This document shows, piece after piece, positions 1-13,289 of a stretch of 64,000 bases of DNA. This DNA comes from Eledone cirrhosa (Eukaryota). The stretch spans positions 44,082,001-44,146,000 of the forward strand of contig OZ024744.1 in NCBI GenBank assembly GCA_964016885.1, written 5' to 3'. Numbering within the stretch: the stretch's first letter is position 1; each line of letters opens with the position of its first letter. Made by a program: the position numbers and the translations under genes. A model generated the notes under the pieces. That model did no database searches. It had not been told where the DNA came from and worked only from the letters and a program-made list of their open reading frames with translations.

Positions 1-76
<76 letters not shown>

Positions 77-106
77 TATACATATATATATGGGTGTATG
101 TGTGTA

Positions 107-162
<56 letters not shown>

Positions 163-796
163 TGTATGTGTGTGTATTGAATTGTGTACTAGAAAAAAAT
201 ACAATTGAAATGTTTATGTATGTGAGTGGAAATTCATGAAACTTTTCATAGCACTTGCTTGTGATTCTCAAGGTTTTTTTAAAAAAAGAAAACAAAAAAG
301 AATATTTTGCAGAGTTTATTTACGTAATATGCCAAGTGACAACTCTGAACGTTTATGATCTGGTTAACAGATTACTTTTCTACGTTGCTTATTGTTTGGG
401 GTTTAGATTTTTACAAAGGAAAAAAGTTTAGGACGGATTTCATCTGGAGTAATTTACATAATTGAACGGAAAAGGGGTTAAGAGAAGTGTCCTGAAGGGA
501 CTCGATGGTATAAATTCGAGTAATAAAGGGGACGCACTGAATCATGTACCCAATAGATTCTCTCTGTAACGATATAGATTTCAACTAGCAATAACCACAC
601 CTCAGATAACCTTTATTGGCTATGGTACCACCTCTATAACGTTATGGTCTGTTAATGATAATACATCGTAACGGCAAAAGAGAAAAACAATTTAAAAAAC
701 TCCATATTTAATGACGATAGTAATAAAAATAATTATATTAAATAAACTTATCGTCATATCAAACAAAGGAAACTATGTTGCCATTAAACTTTCTAA

Positions 797-3285
797 TCAT
801 CATCATCATCGTTTAACGTCCATTTTCCACAGTAACATGGGTTAGACGGGCTGTCTCATTTGAGGCAAGTTGGGTAATGGGATCGTGTGTTGCTTGTATA
901 GAATTCTGGCTTGGTTTCTACGGCTGGATAACCTTCCTAATGCCAACCAGATTTACAGCGTGTGCTGGGTGCTTTTAATTGTGACACCTACACGGCAACT
1001 TTCCAGTGTGGACTGGGTACTTTTTGCCGTGTCACCACCATGACCACTTTACAGTGTCGGCTAGAGGCTTCACTGGACATATGCTACAGCCTGTCCTCAT
1101 GAGAGATGTATGGGAGGGGTGCATACTATATATATATATATGTATGCTTTAGCTTCAGCCTGTGCCCATGGGAAGGCGGGTATTCTGTATTACTATAACA
1201 CCAGAGATCCTGGTCCTGTGTCATCACATTTGAGAGGTGCAATTGGGCAAGGTCAGCTTTTATCACCTCATCCCAAGTCTTCCTGGGTCTTCCCACCCAA
1301 TGGCTTCCATCGATTTTGAGCGCTCTGCAACTTTTTATACAGCTGTCATCCTTAATACGCGTCACATGTCCATACCAACGTAATGTCCTCTCCTGCACAC
1401 ATCATCTGATTCCTCTTATGCCTAGTTTCTTTTTCAGTTCGTTTATGCTTTGTTGTTCACGTATATTACAATTACATATTCATCAGAGCATGTGAGTTTC
1501 ATTTCTTTCCAACGTATGCAAGTCTTCTGCACACAGCGCTCCGGTCTCACTACCATGCAATATTGTTGTTCCTATGCACGCATCATACTGGTTGCCTTTC
1601 ATTTTGAGGAAAAAAATATTGTAGCTAGCTGTGGTAGTACTGCTAGCTACAACATCTTTTCTATCCCGATCTTACTCTGGCTACTATAGTTTCAGAACAC
1701 CCACCTCCGCTAGTAATTTGGTCACACAGGTAGGAGAAGCTGTCTACTGTTTCTACCGAACTACCCCAAAATTTGATAGCGTTTATTTCCTGTGGTCATT
1801 TGCTGCTTACTGCCCCGATGCAGCGGTTACATGTGAGGCCTATATTCTTAGCTAAACTTATTGAGATCCCACTACATCTCTTGTGTTGTCATAGTTTGCA
1901 TTTGGGCAGAGTATGGAATTTCTACCGACTCTTTTCCTACAAATTGAGCAAGGCCATTTCCCCGGGGGGACCAGGGATCCCTTTTCTCTTCTACTTACTA
2001 GCACGTTAGTTTTTGTCAGGTTGACTTTAAGACCACTTGTTTCTAGGCACTGCTTCCATGTTTGGAATTTCTTCTCTATTTCCACCACAGACTCCACTAT
2101 GAGTGTAATATCATCCGCGTACAGGAGTTCCCACGGGCAGCCAGTCTGAAACTCCTCTGTTATAGCCTGTAGTACGATTATAAACAGGAGAGGGCTAAAA
2201 ACAAAGTCCTGATGTACGCCAAGTTGGACGCTAAATGCCTCGTTATAATCATTGCTAATCCAAACTTTGCTGACTGCTCCACTATCCATGACTTGTACAG
2301 CCTTCACAAGCCACTCATCTACTCCTAGTTTTCTAAGAGCCCACCAAATTATGACACGGGTTCACTCTATCAAAAGCGTTTTCCAGATCGAGAAATGCCA
2401 GGTAGAGCTGACTTGTATTGCTGGGCCCTCTGTAGGATCCACTTGGGGTAGGGTCTTTCTCTCCAATGAATTCTCCTCATTTAGTAATCTTTTATAATGG
2501 CTCTTGCATGCAGCTTTATTATCGGCGTCTGTGACGACAAGTGAACCTTTACCATCCCGGCTCACAAAAGACATAACAATTTTACCTAACTCACTGTCTC
2601 ACAATCCTGAACACTTCCTGTTTTTGGTCATCACGCTGAAAAACATGCTTGTTTCTTTTGTCCCCTGCTTCCCTCCTTGCTAAGTATACTTGTCGCCCAG
2701 CTTCCCTCCTGGTCTCTATGTAGTGTACTCTGCTTCTCCCGTGCTTCCATTTTTTCTATGCCAGTCTCTTGGCTTTAATTGACACATATACCTTATTGTT
2801 CCACCCCCAGTCACCCTCCTCTTAGTAGCCCTGCTCCATTCAAATATCTCGTCTGTCGCCCTCAGGAACTTCCAGTGCTCCCCTATATTGAATGCTTCTA
2901 TCTGTTGTTCTTTACTGTCATAAGAGTCAAGCAAATTATCTCTCAATCTGTAGCTGCATGAGGAATCTTTCTGCTTCCATATCCTCTCCTTTAGGCTGCT
3001 TTCTGTTTCCAAGTTCGTCTAGCTTTGACAATGAGGTCGCTGACTACTAGGTTATGTTGGGAGGTACATTACTCACCAGGGTAGGATTTCGTGTTTACCA
3101 CCGATACTCTATCTCGCCTTCTGATAAAGATAAAATCTATCTGACTAAAATGCTCCCTTGATCTACAGGTGATCAGGTGGTTGTCGGGTTTTTTGAAGCG
3201 TGCAGAATTCTAAGTGCCTGAAACCTTCCTGATTCCTTTTGCCAAATCCGTGGCCTCCAGGGACTCTGTAGAAGCCATCAATGTA
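797..3285 (-). mobile_element. RTE-clade LINE, 5'-truncated and degraded (end of APE endonuclease, RT, 3' UTR, (GAT)n tail)
   Basis: ORF pieces GVHQDFVFSPLLFIIVLQAITEEFQTGCPWELLYADDI (1858-2307), RTLRWYGHVTR...GRPRKTWDEVIKADL (1126-1398) and GGHGFGKRNQEG (APE, about 3200-3280). A (CAT)n tail lies at 797. Confidence 0.85.
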
Positions 3286-3692
3286 TACATTGTTAATACT
3301 ATTTGCCATTTGCGTCTCCTGGGCAGAGCATTTGAAAACGGAAGGCACTGAAACCAGATCAGATACCATAAAACATCCCATCAGTATTTCAACAATTCCG
3401 CCAATTTCCGCCAATTCATCCTCGACGAAAGGCAAAATTGATCTCAAAAAGCAGAATTGAGGTAAAAAAACTTAATAGACAAAGCTGACTTCAATGAGTC
3501 TTACGAGCACCACATTGACGTTTGACGATGATGGTGATATGAATATATATATATTAGAAAGTGAGGTTTTTTTTACAAAGTGAAAAATAACCGAGGTGTC
3601 CTACACGAGTGAAAGTATAAAGAAAAAGAGATGAAATCGAAAATGCAACTGGAGTCTTATTTTTTTTAAAAACATATATATTTATTTGGTTC

Positions 3693-3788
<96 letters not shown>

Positions 3789-3885
3789 AGCTTATCTTCC
3801 TTTGTTTGTTGAAAAAAGATGTAAGTGACATAGTCACTACTTTAAAATAATAGCGCAAGGTCTTCAAAATGTTTTTAATTAAGCA

Positions 3886-4260
3886 TCTATACTATAAAGC
3901 TGACGGCCGTATGTAAGTAACAAAACTTTCCGCCAAGCGGCTGGACCAAACGGCTCCAAATTTGCACCATAGATGTAACTTTTTCCAAGTAAGAAAGTGG
4001 GGGTATTTTTGTGTACTGAATTTTGTTAAAAGATTAAAGACATTATTTAAATATTGACTTCTTTAAAATTTTCAAATGTCAACACTTCCCGTTATACGAC
4101 ATTCCTAACGTCTTCACGAACCAAAGTATCATCTTCCTGTTTTCTTACGGTTGCAACGATTTTCAAAATATTTACTTCTGTGTTCACAGATTGATTTTTT
4201 TTTAGTTTCAGAGATCCTGTTAAGGATGAAAGCAGCGATTCTTTGCTTAAACTTTAATCT
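3886..4260 (+). mobile_element. Helitron-like 5' end, non-coding; 3' extent uncertain
   Basis: A|TCTATACTATAAAGCT start followed by CGGCTGGACCAAACGGCTCCAAATTTG, which resembles non-autonomous Helitron 5' ends. It interrupts a copy of the 8298/8608 repeat at an A|T site. Confidence 0.45.
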
Positions 4261-4264
4261 GCTA

Positions 4265-4375
<111 letters not shown>

Positions 4376-4590
4376 GATAACAAGATATCGTTATAGGTAA
4401 TCCAATTAGAGGTTGTGAATACTTTTTATCATGGATAGTTTTAGCGTACGGCGTTGTATGACGCAACAAGAGGTTTACGTAGATGACGAGTTTATGATGT
4501 CACTTGTATTCCTATGTAAGTTTATCTTGGAGTAATAAAATTGAAAAAAATGGAGAATAACATGGTCAACAGTACAAAGAAGGAGATTTA

Positions 4591-4707
4591 TTTACAGCCT
4601 AACAATTGTTTCACTGATAGAGTTGTCTAAAAATTGCTACACACTGAAAGTAGTGCCACTCAATTTAAAATACATGTTGGCCCCATCAATTCTTCAGAAA
4701 CTGTAAA
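4591..4707 (-). ncRNA. Type I hammerhead ribozyme with extended stem II
   Basis: Minus strand reads ttacagttt CTGAAGA attgatgggg...ctctatcagt GAAA caattg TT aggctgtaa. Stems I and II pair with G-U allowed, and stem III is palindromic. Confidence 0.8.
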
Positions 4708-4831
4708 AAAATATAAATATATGCGTAACCGGCATACGCATATATTTATATTTTTTGACATATATAAATATATATATATATATATAGTGACGAAACATAA
4801 GTCAATTGCATGAACTCATAATCCTTTATTT

Positions 4832-4887
4832 ACTGCTATATATGTTTCGATGATAGCCATTGAATGGCTATGACTTCATCAGGCAGT
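4832..4887 (-). ncRNA. Type I hammerhead ribozyme, stem III slightly degenerate
   Basis: Minus strand reads actgc CTGATGA agtca-tagccat-tca-atggcta-tcatc GAAA catata TA gcagt. Confidence 0.7.
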
Positions 4888-4928
4888 TAGTCAGTTCTTA
4901 GATATGCCAGCTCTGTGTTTAAGCCTTG

Positions 4929-5008
<80 letters not shown>

Positions 5009-5425
5009 TAAGGGTTGACGGACCCAGCATATTTATCAATGCCAGTACCGGTTGTATCTCAGCGCACCCAATGGGCAATGTAAGATACATTACCAGAGTA
5101 TACACATAGTTATTTGCCTCAAAACAACACACGTAAAACGGGTGCCTATAAGGTTCCCGGACTCGAGTTTCTGCCGCACTAATGCAGCAGTAAGGTGCAC
5201 TGCACCATCTGTCTGCATATATTATCCAACAATGCACAATCGGCTTATGCGGCTTCATCAACGTGTATATATATAGTTATATATTCGTGTACAGATAGTT
5301 TCGCATACACAAAAACAAAATCTAAACAAACGTATTTATTTCACAGACTATAAAGCACAGACGGTTTATCGTCATTGTTACTGCCGATATGCCACCCAAA
5401 AAGTCCTAGCCTGGCTGCAAGATCA

Positions 5426-5506
5426 GAGAGACTAAGCTTCGCGATTACCATCAACAAAGCTCAGGGTCAAACCCTAAAAGTGGCTGGCCTTCATCTGAGA
5501 AAACCA
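5426..5506 (+). pseudogene. Helitron/PIF1 helicase motif fragment
   Basis: Translates to RLSFAITINKAQGQTLKVAGLHLRKP, the PIF1-type helicase C-terminal motif. Confidence 0.75.
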
Positions 5507-5953
5507 AGGTCAATTGTAGATAAGGAGAATATTTACTTACATGCATATCACCAGCTGTTGTCAAAAGCAATAATAATTTTATTCAAACTTAGTAGTAAAT
5601 TAGTAGTAAGTTTAGTTCTATGACATTATTTGGAGGTAGCTGAAGAGCAAACCAATCAAATTGTTTTTTTCCCATATGATGTTAAGATGAAAAATATAAC
5701 TCACTTTAGTTGAGGTCATGACCCTTTGAAAAGAATGGTTGAATGGTGTTAAAAATAGAATTGCTATAAAGAACCTATGAGGAAAAAGGGATTGTTATAT
5801 TGATAGTGGAATGTATATGGTATAGTGAAGTTTAAAAGAAAAGTAAAAATTAAATGTTGAGTTGTGTTGTATGGAATTTTTAGGTGAATATAAATCATGG
5901 TCATGACTAGGAAAGATAGTATATTAAAAGATGAAAATTATAATAAGATAATT

Positions 5954-6130
5954 GTTTCTACTTTAGGCACAAGGCCAGCAATTACCCAGTGCATTACTGG
6001 TACTTTATTTTATCGACCCCGTAAGGATGAAAGGCAAAGTCAACCTCGGCGGGATTTGAACTCAGACCGTAAAGGGACGTAACTATGCTGGAAAGCATGG
6101 CGTCCGACTCTCTACCGATACTGCCAATCC
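5954..6130 (-). mobile_element. tRNA-derived SINE; related fragments at about 27249-27303, 40576-40615, 49285-49430 and 53870-53990
   Basis: B-box-like GAGTTCAAATCCC on the minus strand. The GGCACAAGGCCAGCAATTACCCAGT tail is repeated at 27262. Confidence 0.7.
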
Positions 6131-6699
6131 AATAAGATAATGAAATATAATAATAAAATAATATAATATAGTGTAATATAATATAGTACGGTGTGGTACA
6201 TTGTACATAGTATAATATAGCGTATGATACATCTTAAAATATAAAATAGTAAATATCTTCAAGTGTGTCTATGTATAAGTAATCAAACTCAGATAAATGC
6301 ATGTTGACATATAGTCAAAACGCATAATTTTCATAGATCACAAAGTGCATATATTCACATATATAGATAGAGGTATAATTATATTGATACTCTATTAAAA
6401 ACATACATACGCATATATAGATATAAACATATAAACATATACATACACCTACATATGCGCACACAATCATATACATATATATACATATATACACGTGTGT
6501 GTACATGTATGTGTGTGTACATATATATATATACATACATATATATATATGTACATACACATACATGTACACACACACACATACATACACATATACACAC
6601 ATATACATATATACACATATATATATATATTCTCATATCATACATACATAGATTCATATATACCCATGCAATTACAGGTGATTATGTACCTTGTTGCCC

Positions 6700-8283
6700 T
6701 TAGTCATTAAGGCATGAATCTAAAGAAGCTAAAAAATTAAAAGGTTAAAAAGTTAAAAAATAAGCAGGAAGACGTATAATTAGGGGAAGGGGATACTAAC
6801 AAATGTTACGTTACATAGAATTATAGTGAGTTGCTATTTAGAATATTTAATTAGGTTTATAGTACTTAAATGTTTTTCGTATACGGTGATTACAAACTAT
6901 AATCAGTTCCTGTCTTTTATTCAATAAATCGTCCTTAGATTTAGTAATTTCCAAGATCTCCCCTGAACATAATCTGCATTCTCTCCTGTTCCCAAGATAT
7001 GGAGTTCTTTGCAGAATGGTATTCCACGATAGCTTGAAATCTATTTTTTTTCTTTTTATAGTTATTTACTGCTTCAGCTAAAGATGTGGTGTTAGCTAGT
7101 TTAGTATTGTTAAAGCTACTAGAGTGTGCGTAATATCTTTTCTTAAATGTGTTTGATGTAGATCCTATATATGATTTGTTGGAGTCAGTATATTTATATA
7201 TTACATTATTAATCAAACAGTTGCCATTTAAGGGGAAAATGCTTCTATTTCTGCAATTACAACCATACATAAGATGGTTGTTGGGGGTACCTACATAGTT
7301 CTCATTAATCATTCAGCTATTCTTATTGTAATTAATGTTAGCGAGAGAATGAAGGTTGGTTTGTGGGTGGTTTAGTGTTAGGGTTGTATTGTGATTTTGT
7401 GTTATGTTGTTTTTGTGTTGGTGATTTGGGTGGTTGTGTTTTCCAGGTTGAAGGATTGTATTATTTGTCCTTTTAAAAGGTGCAGTCCTATTTACATTAT
7501 GTTGTGGTGGTGTGGTCATATTATTTTTAAATTTATAAATGTTGTAGTTGCTTATTTTTTGCTGGAGATTGTTTGATGTAGAGTATGAGAATTTAGCAGT
7601 ATACCTGTTAAATATTTGGTGGTATATGTGGTTTGGTGGAAAATGTTTATGTAGAATTTCGAAGAATTTTTGGGGGATTTGTCCAATAGTTTGCAGGTTG
7701 AAGGGTGTGTTGTGTTGTACCATGCTATGTTTCTTTTGCGGTGTTTAGTTAAGTTCTTATTCCCACTTATATGAATGTGCTGTGTTCTAGAAAAGTTCTT
7801 ATGGTTAGTATTTGTATTTGTGGAATTTGGTAAATTGCAGTGGTTGTATTTGGTGTTATTATTGGGTAGATTATGAGAGATTGAATGTTTGGTAGTCATA
7901 TGTGAGTTGATAACATTGATCATAGATCTTGTAGTAATAGTTGTGGTTTTTCGGTTGTTTGGTGTGATAGGAATGACCCCATTAGGCATTTGTTTCGATG
8001 GTATTTTTTGGTGTTTGTAGTTTTTGCAAGGTTTTGTATTTTTGTCCATAGTAGTGTTGGGGATATATGACATTGTTTCTTTATATCCACTTCTAGTTAG
8101 GGCTTCGTTGTAGAAGGGTGCATTTTTATAAAATATATCTTCATTGGAAGATAATTTAGAAAGTCTAAGAGATATGTTATATACTAAGTTTTTTAGTATA
8201 GAGCCAGAGTGGTTAGATTGTGAATGTACATAGTGTAGATTCAGGTTGGGTTTGTGGTAAGGTTGATAAATATTCGTAGATAA
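6700..8283 (-). mobile_element. PLE family A (Hydra-like, CxCx5C-type linker), 5'-truncated and frameshifted: RT thumb, linker, GIY-YIG
   Basis: GCNCRNRSIFPLNGNCLINNVIYK...SYIGSTSNTFKKRYYAH. Clearly homologous to ORF 32030-33973. Confidence 0.85.
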
Positions 8284-8297
8284 GGTATAACATTTAA

Positions 8298-8704
8298 ATA
8301 AGTGACATTGTCACTATTTTAAAACAATAGCGTATGGTCTTCAAAATGCTTTTAATTAATCATACAGTGTATTGCAAAATACACTATATATACATTCATA
8401 TATATATATCGCTATTTCAGAGCACCAATTCTAATTTCCAATTTGTGCTGGACCGGCGACCGCTCTGTATAATCAGTTTCTGATTATTACTGGAATTCTA
8501 TAAGAATCCAACACACATAATTTTCGGCAAACAGGAGAGGTAGTGAACATTGATAAGTACCAAAAAGTACTCTGTCAGTTTATCTCCCCTGTTTGCTGAA
8601 AATTTACATAAGTGACATTGTCACTATTTTAAAACAATAACTTATGGTCTTCAACATGCTTTTAATTAAGGATACAGTGTATTGCAAAATACACTATATG
8701 TACA

Positions 8705-8710
<6 letters not shown>
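8298..8710. repeat. Direct repeat of about 100 bp (8298-8400 and 8608-8710) around a hairpin-containing spacer; third partial copy at 3822-3885
   Basis: ATAAGTGACATTGTCACTATTTTAAAACAATA...TACATTCATA occurs twice. Inner inverted pair at 8519-8541 and 8584-8605. Confidence 0.85.
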
Positions 8711-8761
<51 letters not shown>

Positions 8762-9534
8762 GAAGTAATTCCGTCGGAAAGGTCCAGGAAAAAAGAGTGC
8801 TCTATGTAGGTAACAGAGCTTAATAGTTATGTGATAAACAACATAAGGCAATTATTTCATTTACCAGTGGTTTCTTAAAAGCAAACACATTTTGCTTTCA
8901 ATCAACAGAATGAAAAAATCCTAGTGTATTTATTGGCATTGGATTTTAAAAACAAAAATATAATCTATATGAAAGTGAGGCTGGAAAAGGAAGAAGGAAA
9001 GGAAAAACAAACACACATTTACACGCACACACACACACACACAATTATATACATACACATATATACACATACACACATATACACACACACATATATGTGT
9101 ATATATATACACATACACATACATATACACATACATATATACACACATATCAACATATCCATACATACACATACATACAAATACACAAATATGCATACAC
9201 ACACACACACGCACACATGCATATATATATATATATTTCCGCCTCCGACCCGTACTTTTACGAGTAGCTGCCGGGAAAGACAGACGGCAAGACGGCGGCG
9301 TGTATACGCGTCGCGAGGCGAAGTTTCCCGACGCGACACGACGCCTTCCGTCTTCCGCCTTGAACCCGGCAAACGTTTGTAAATTTTCTCCTTCCTTGTA
9401 TTTTGATCATGCTTTATTTTTATTTATTATATTTTTTGTCTTTATTTGTTAATTTTTCATTCGCACCGTTTCCTTTCACTATATGTCTCTCCACCACTCC
9501 CCTACACACCTTTTGAACTCTGTTCCCACACCTT

Positions 9535-9572
9535 CTCACCTGAAGAAGGGCTTATGCCCGAAACGTCATCCC
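9535..9572 (+). ncRNA. Minimal hammerhead core, stem I not recoverable
   Basis: CTGAAGA a gggc-ttat-gccc GAAA cg TC. The bases after the cleavage site do not pair with the upstream bases. Confidence 0.5.
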
Positions 9573-9656
9573 CCACCTACCCCCCCACTCTCCTAAGCGT
9601 GAATTTAATAAACATTTATTGTACTGCCTCTCTGTTCTGTCCCTGTTCAATTTTTC

Positions 9657-9736
<80 letters not shown>

Positions 9737-9739
9737 TAT

Positions 9740-10269
9740 ATATATAAATATATACACACACATACATATATATACATATATATATACACACATACATATA
9801 CATACACATATATATACATATATACACACGTACATACACACACATACATACACACATATATACACGCATACATACGCATGCACAAATATAGACATATGTA
9901 CACACACCTACATACTCACACACACAAATAATTATAATAAAAAATATAATAATAAAAATACCGTCACATAAGAATAAAAATGAATATAAAAATTATTATA
10001 GTGTTGACAGCGATACAGGCAAAAAATAAATGAACAAACACACGTGGTAAGCAATACACACAATGCACGTACACATACATACGTAAAAATAAATACATAC
10101 ACACACTCTCACACATACACATACATATACAATTACATATACACATACATACGCATACAAATATATATACACACACACACACATATACATATATATACAC
10201 ACACATACATATATATATATATATATTTTTCGTTAATTCGTGAGCTGTTTTTCCGATTCTCGATTATTC

Positions 10270-10275
<6 letters not shown>
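9740..10275 (-). repeat. Inverted homologue of the repeat at 63406-64000
   Basis: TTCGTTAATTCGTGAGCTGTTTTTCCGATTCTCGATTATTCTAC and GTTGACAGCGATACAGG...CACGTGGTAAGCAATAC match 62788/63406 and 63605-63662 in reverse complement. Confidence 0.8.
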
Positions 10276-10324
<49 letters not shown>

Positions 10325-11114
10325 ATTGAAAGGTATAGAAAACACTGCAGCGAAAATCGAACAGCATTCCATAATATATAAGTGACTATAGCGTCAAAAT
10401 GGGAAAAATAGTTAACGTAAGTTGTGGGAAAAATAATTCAAACTCATCTCAAAAAGAATCAGGATATAAATTCATCCACAGAATTTAGTGAAATCCATGG
10501 AAAAATCAATCGAGCCTTTACTCATGATAAAATAAAGTCTAAAATACTTATCCGTCAATTTGGAAAAACTTCAAATGCTCTGTATAGTCTTAAAGACTAT
10601 TTAATGAAAACTTTCAGTGGAGATGGTCACGGTTGGAGTTCATCATCAGCAGAGCTCAACTCGATAACCAGGACTCTCACAGATTAATATGCCAAAAAGG
10701 GAATTTTAAAGCTGGCTAGTTCAACATCATGCGTGATTATGAAAAACGCACATGAGGAAATACATGGCTAGTGACGTCAGAACGAGACGAATGTCTGTCT
10801 ACAAGAAACAGCAGTCAAAACATTCCGAAAAAAACTCTACAATAAGGAGTTCAGCAAAAAGCAATATTATCGCAGTTTTTTTTATTAAAAAAACCGGGAT
10901 TAGTCACAAATAATTTAAGCACTGTATATATATATATATATATTAAGCACACTGTATATATATATATATATACATACATATCCATACATACACGAACACA
11001 TACATACATATCACAAACACATACATATACAAACACACACATATGTATGTGTGTAAAACTCATTCTTAGATGTATTCATATGAATCTTGTTTAACTCTAA
11101 AATATATATATATC

Positions 11115-11212
11115 TATCTAAGGCGGGTATAATTCCCGAGATCCATGGACGAGTTCTCTCCAGCGGTCTCTGTCCCTCATTATCGCTGCCATGTCCTGCG
11201 TCTCCAACAGAC
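11115..11212 (-). mobile_element. 3' tip of an RTE-type LINE, same family as 44428-44632
   Basis: Translates to [30 protein letters not shown], nearly identical to 44536-44630. Confidence 0.75.
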
Positions 11213-11265
11213 GTATATATATGTGTATATATATGTGTATATATATGTGTATATATATGTGTATA

Positions 11266-11319
<54 letters not shown>

Positions 11320-11869
11320 TATACATATATATATGTACCTACACACACATATACATTAACATACATACACACATACACACACATATATATATAGATATAT
11401 AGATATATATATAAGAAAAAACATAAATATTATATATATAAAAAAACATAAATATTGTATATATAAAAATAAAAAGTTGGGAATACGACAAATAATAAAT
11501 AAAAAAATAATTAGAAAAGGGTATAAATGTTTATAGCTGATTTAGAGCACTCAACAAGTTCCTGGAGCAAATGATCAATGAAAATAAGCATTAAATCACT
11601 GTATGTAATTATGCATACATACATATACATATACATATATATATATATACATATATATACACACACACACAAACACAACCACAGAAATACACACACACAT
11701 ACATACATATACGTATATATATACACACACATAGGGAAAAGTATGACCGCACGGCAGAGCTCAAGCCGTTTCTGAGGCTATTATATATATACACACAAAA
11801 CCATTATATAAAAATACATATACACGCACAAATATACACACGCCCACACACACACATTATATCTATATA

Positions 11870-12461
11870 TGGTGGCTTCCAACTCGTTTTCGAGTACGGC
11901 CACTACTTTATATCCATGTAGGAGAATCCCTACCGATGCGCTGAACGAGTGTGACTTTTTATCCAGCCAGCAACTTGAAAAATCTGGTACAAACACTACA
12001 CTTGTGACAATTATTGACACATAGTGCTGGGCCCATAGTACCATGTGACGACAAGTGCAGAGAGATCTCCAGATATAAAGCAATGCCTGTGCCGTGAAGC
12101 TTTTAGAGTGAGAAAAGGCATTGCACAAAGCCAGTCCCACTCTGTTAACCAAGATGATATTTACCAAAAAGAACAAGTCAACATCATTGGATACCATCAG
12201 GGTTGCAGGTGTTATATCAGAGTTTTCCTTCTCCTAGAATTCTGCCTTGACAAAGGCTAAGGGGTCATCTCTCCCGGTGATTTCGGATGGCCATTGACTC
12301 TTAAGAGATCCTTTGCCCTTTGACAGGTTTTGTTTTTAGTCCTGCAGGATGTTCAAAGTCACCCTCCTCACCAAGAAACCTTGGTGGGGTTGCCAGTTTA
12401 GTCGCCAACGACCCGACCATGGGACAGGTTGTACTGGGATACATGTTACCAGTAGCACCAA
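11870..12461 (-). mobile_element. Non-coding interspersed repeat of about 600 bp (family G) with an RTE-like 5' UTR
   Basis: High-identity inverted copy of 54128-54725 with a partial copy at 23250-23513. Contains CTAGGAGAAGGAAAACTCTGA and is flanked by (TA)n. Confidence 0.85.
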
Positions 12462-12565
12462 CTATATATACACACATACATACACACACATATATACATA
12501 TATATATATATATGAAAGACGTAAAATAACAGAATTATGAAAATCAACTTACTTACTAAAATTTC

Positions 12566-12646
12566 ACTCCAACTAATTAGTTTCTGTAAGGGAATAAATA
12601 TGGTTACGGAACGTAATCATAGAGAATCCTTACGTCATCAGGGAGT
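12566..12646 (-). ncRNA. Type I hammerhead ribozyme
   Basis: Minus strand reads actcc CTGATGA c-gtaagg...ccttac-a GAAA ctaattag TT ggagt. Confidence 0.85.
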
Positions 12647-13044
12647 CTATTCTCAGCTAAGTTCCCAGGCAATGCGTGGACACAGGGAACTCATATAAAA
12701 ATAATTCAGTGGCTGGAAAAAAGCGAGCGGGGACTAAATTCCAGGACATTGAAAAAATTCACTGCCTACTTGGTCAGTGGCAAATTCAAAAGAATCAATC
12801 ACGTGACACTGAGATTAATCAATGAGGAGTGGGATGCTAATAAGACAGGAGCCTGACCACTACCATGAACCATAGTAGTAATTTCGGCAAATCTTTGCTC
12901 AACAAATAATTTGGAGATAATTATAAAGAATTAGTATACCTACCAACATATGAATTTAGTCCCCGCTCGCTTTTTTCCATCCACTGAATTATTTTTATGA
13001 GTTCCCTGTGTCCACGCATTGCCTGGGAACTTAGCTGAGAATAG

Positions 13045-13125
13045 ACTCCCTGATGACGTAAGGATTCTCTACGATTACGTTCCGTAACCATATTTATTCC
13101 CTTACAGAAACTAATTAGTTGGAAT
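13045..13125 (+). ncRNA. Type I hammerhead ribozyme, inverted copy of 12566-12646
   Basis: actcc CTGATGA cgtaagg...ccttaca GAAA ctaattag TT ggaat. Confidence 0.8.
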
Positions 13126-13289
13126 GAATTTTAGTAAGTAAGTTGATTTTCATAATTCTCTTATTTTACGTCTTTCAGATAATTGTTCTGCATCCCATGG
13201 CATTGAATTACAAAGTTACTAAGATAAAACCTATATATTTGCTAGCATAGGTATGCATCTGTATACATATGTTGGTAGATGTACTAATT

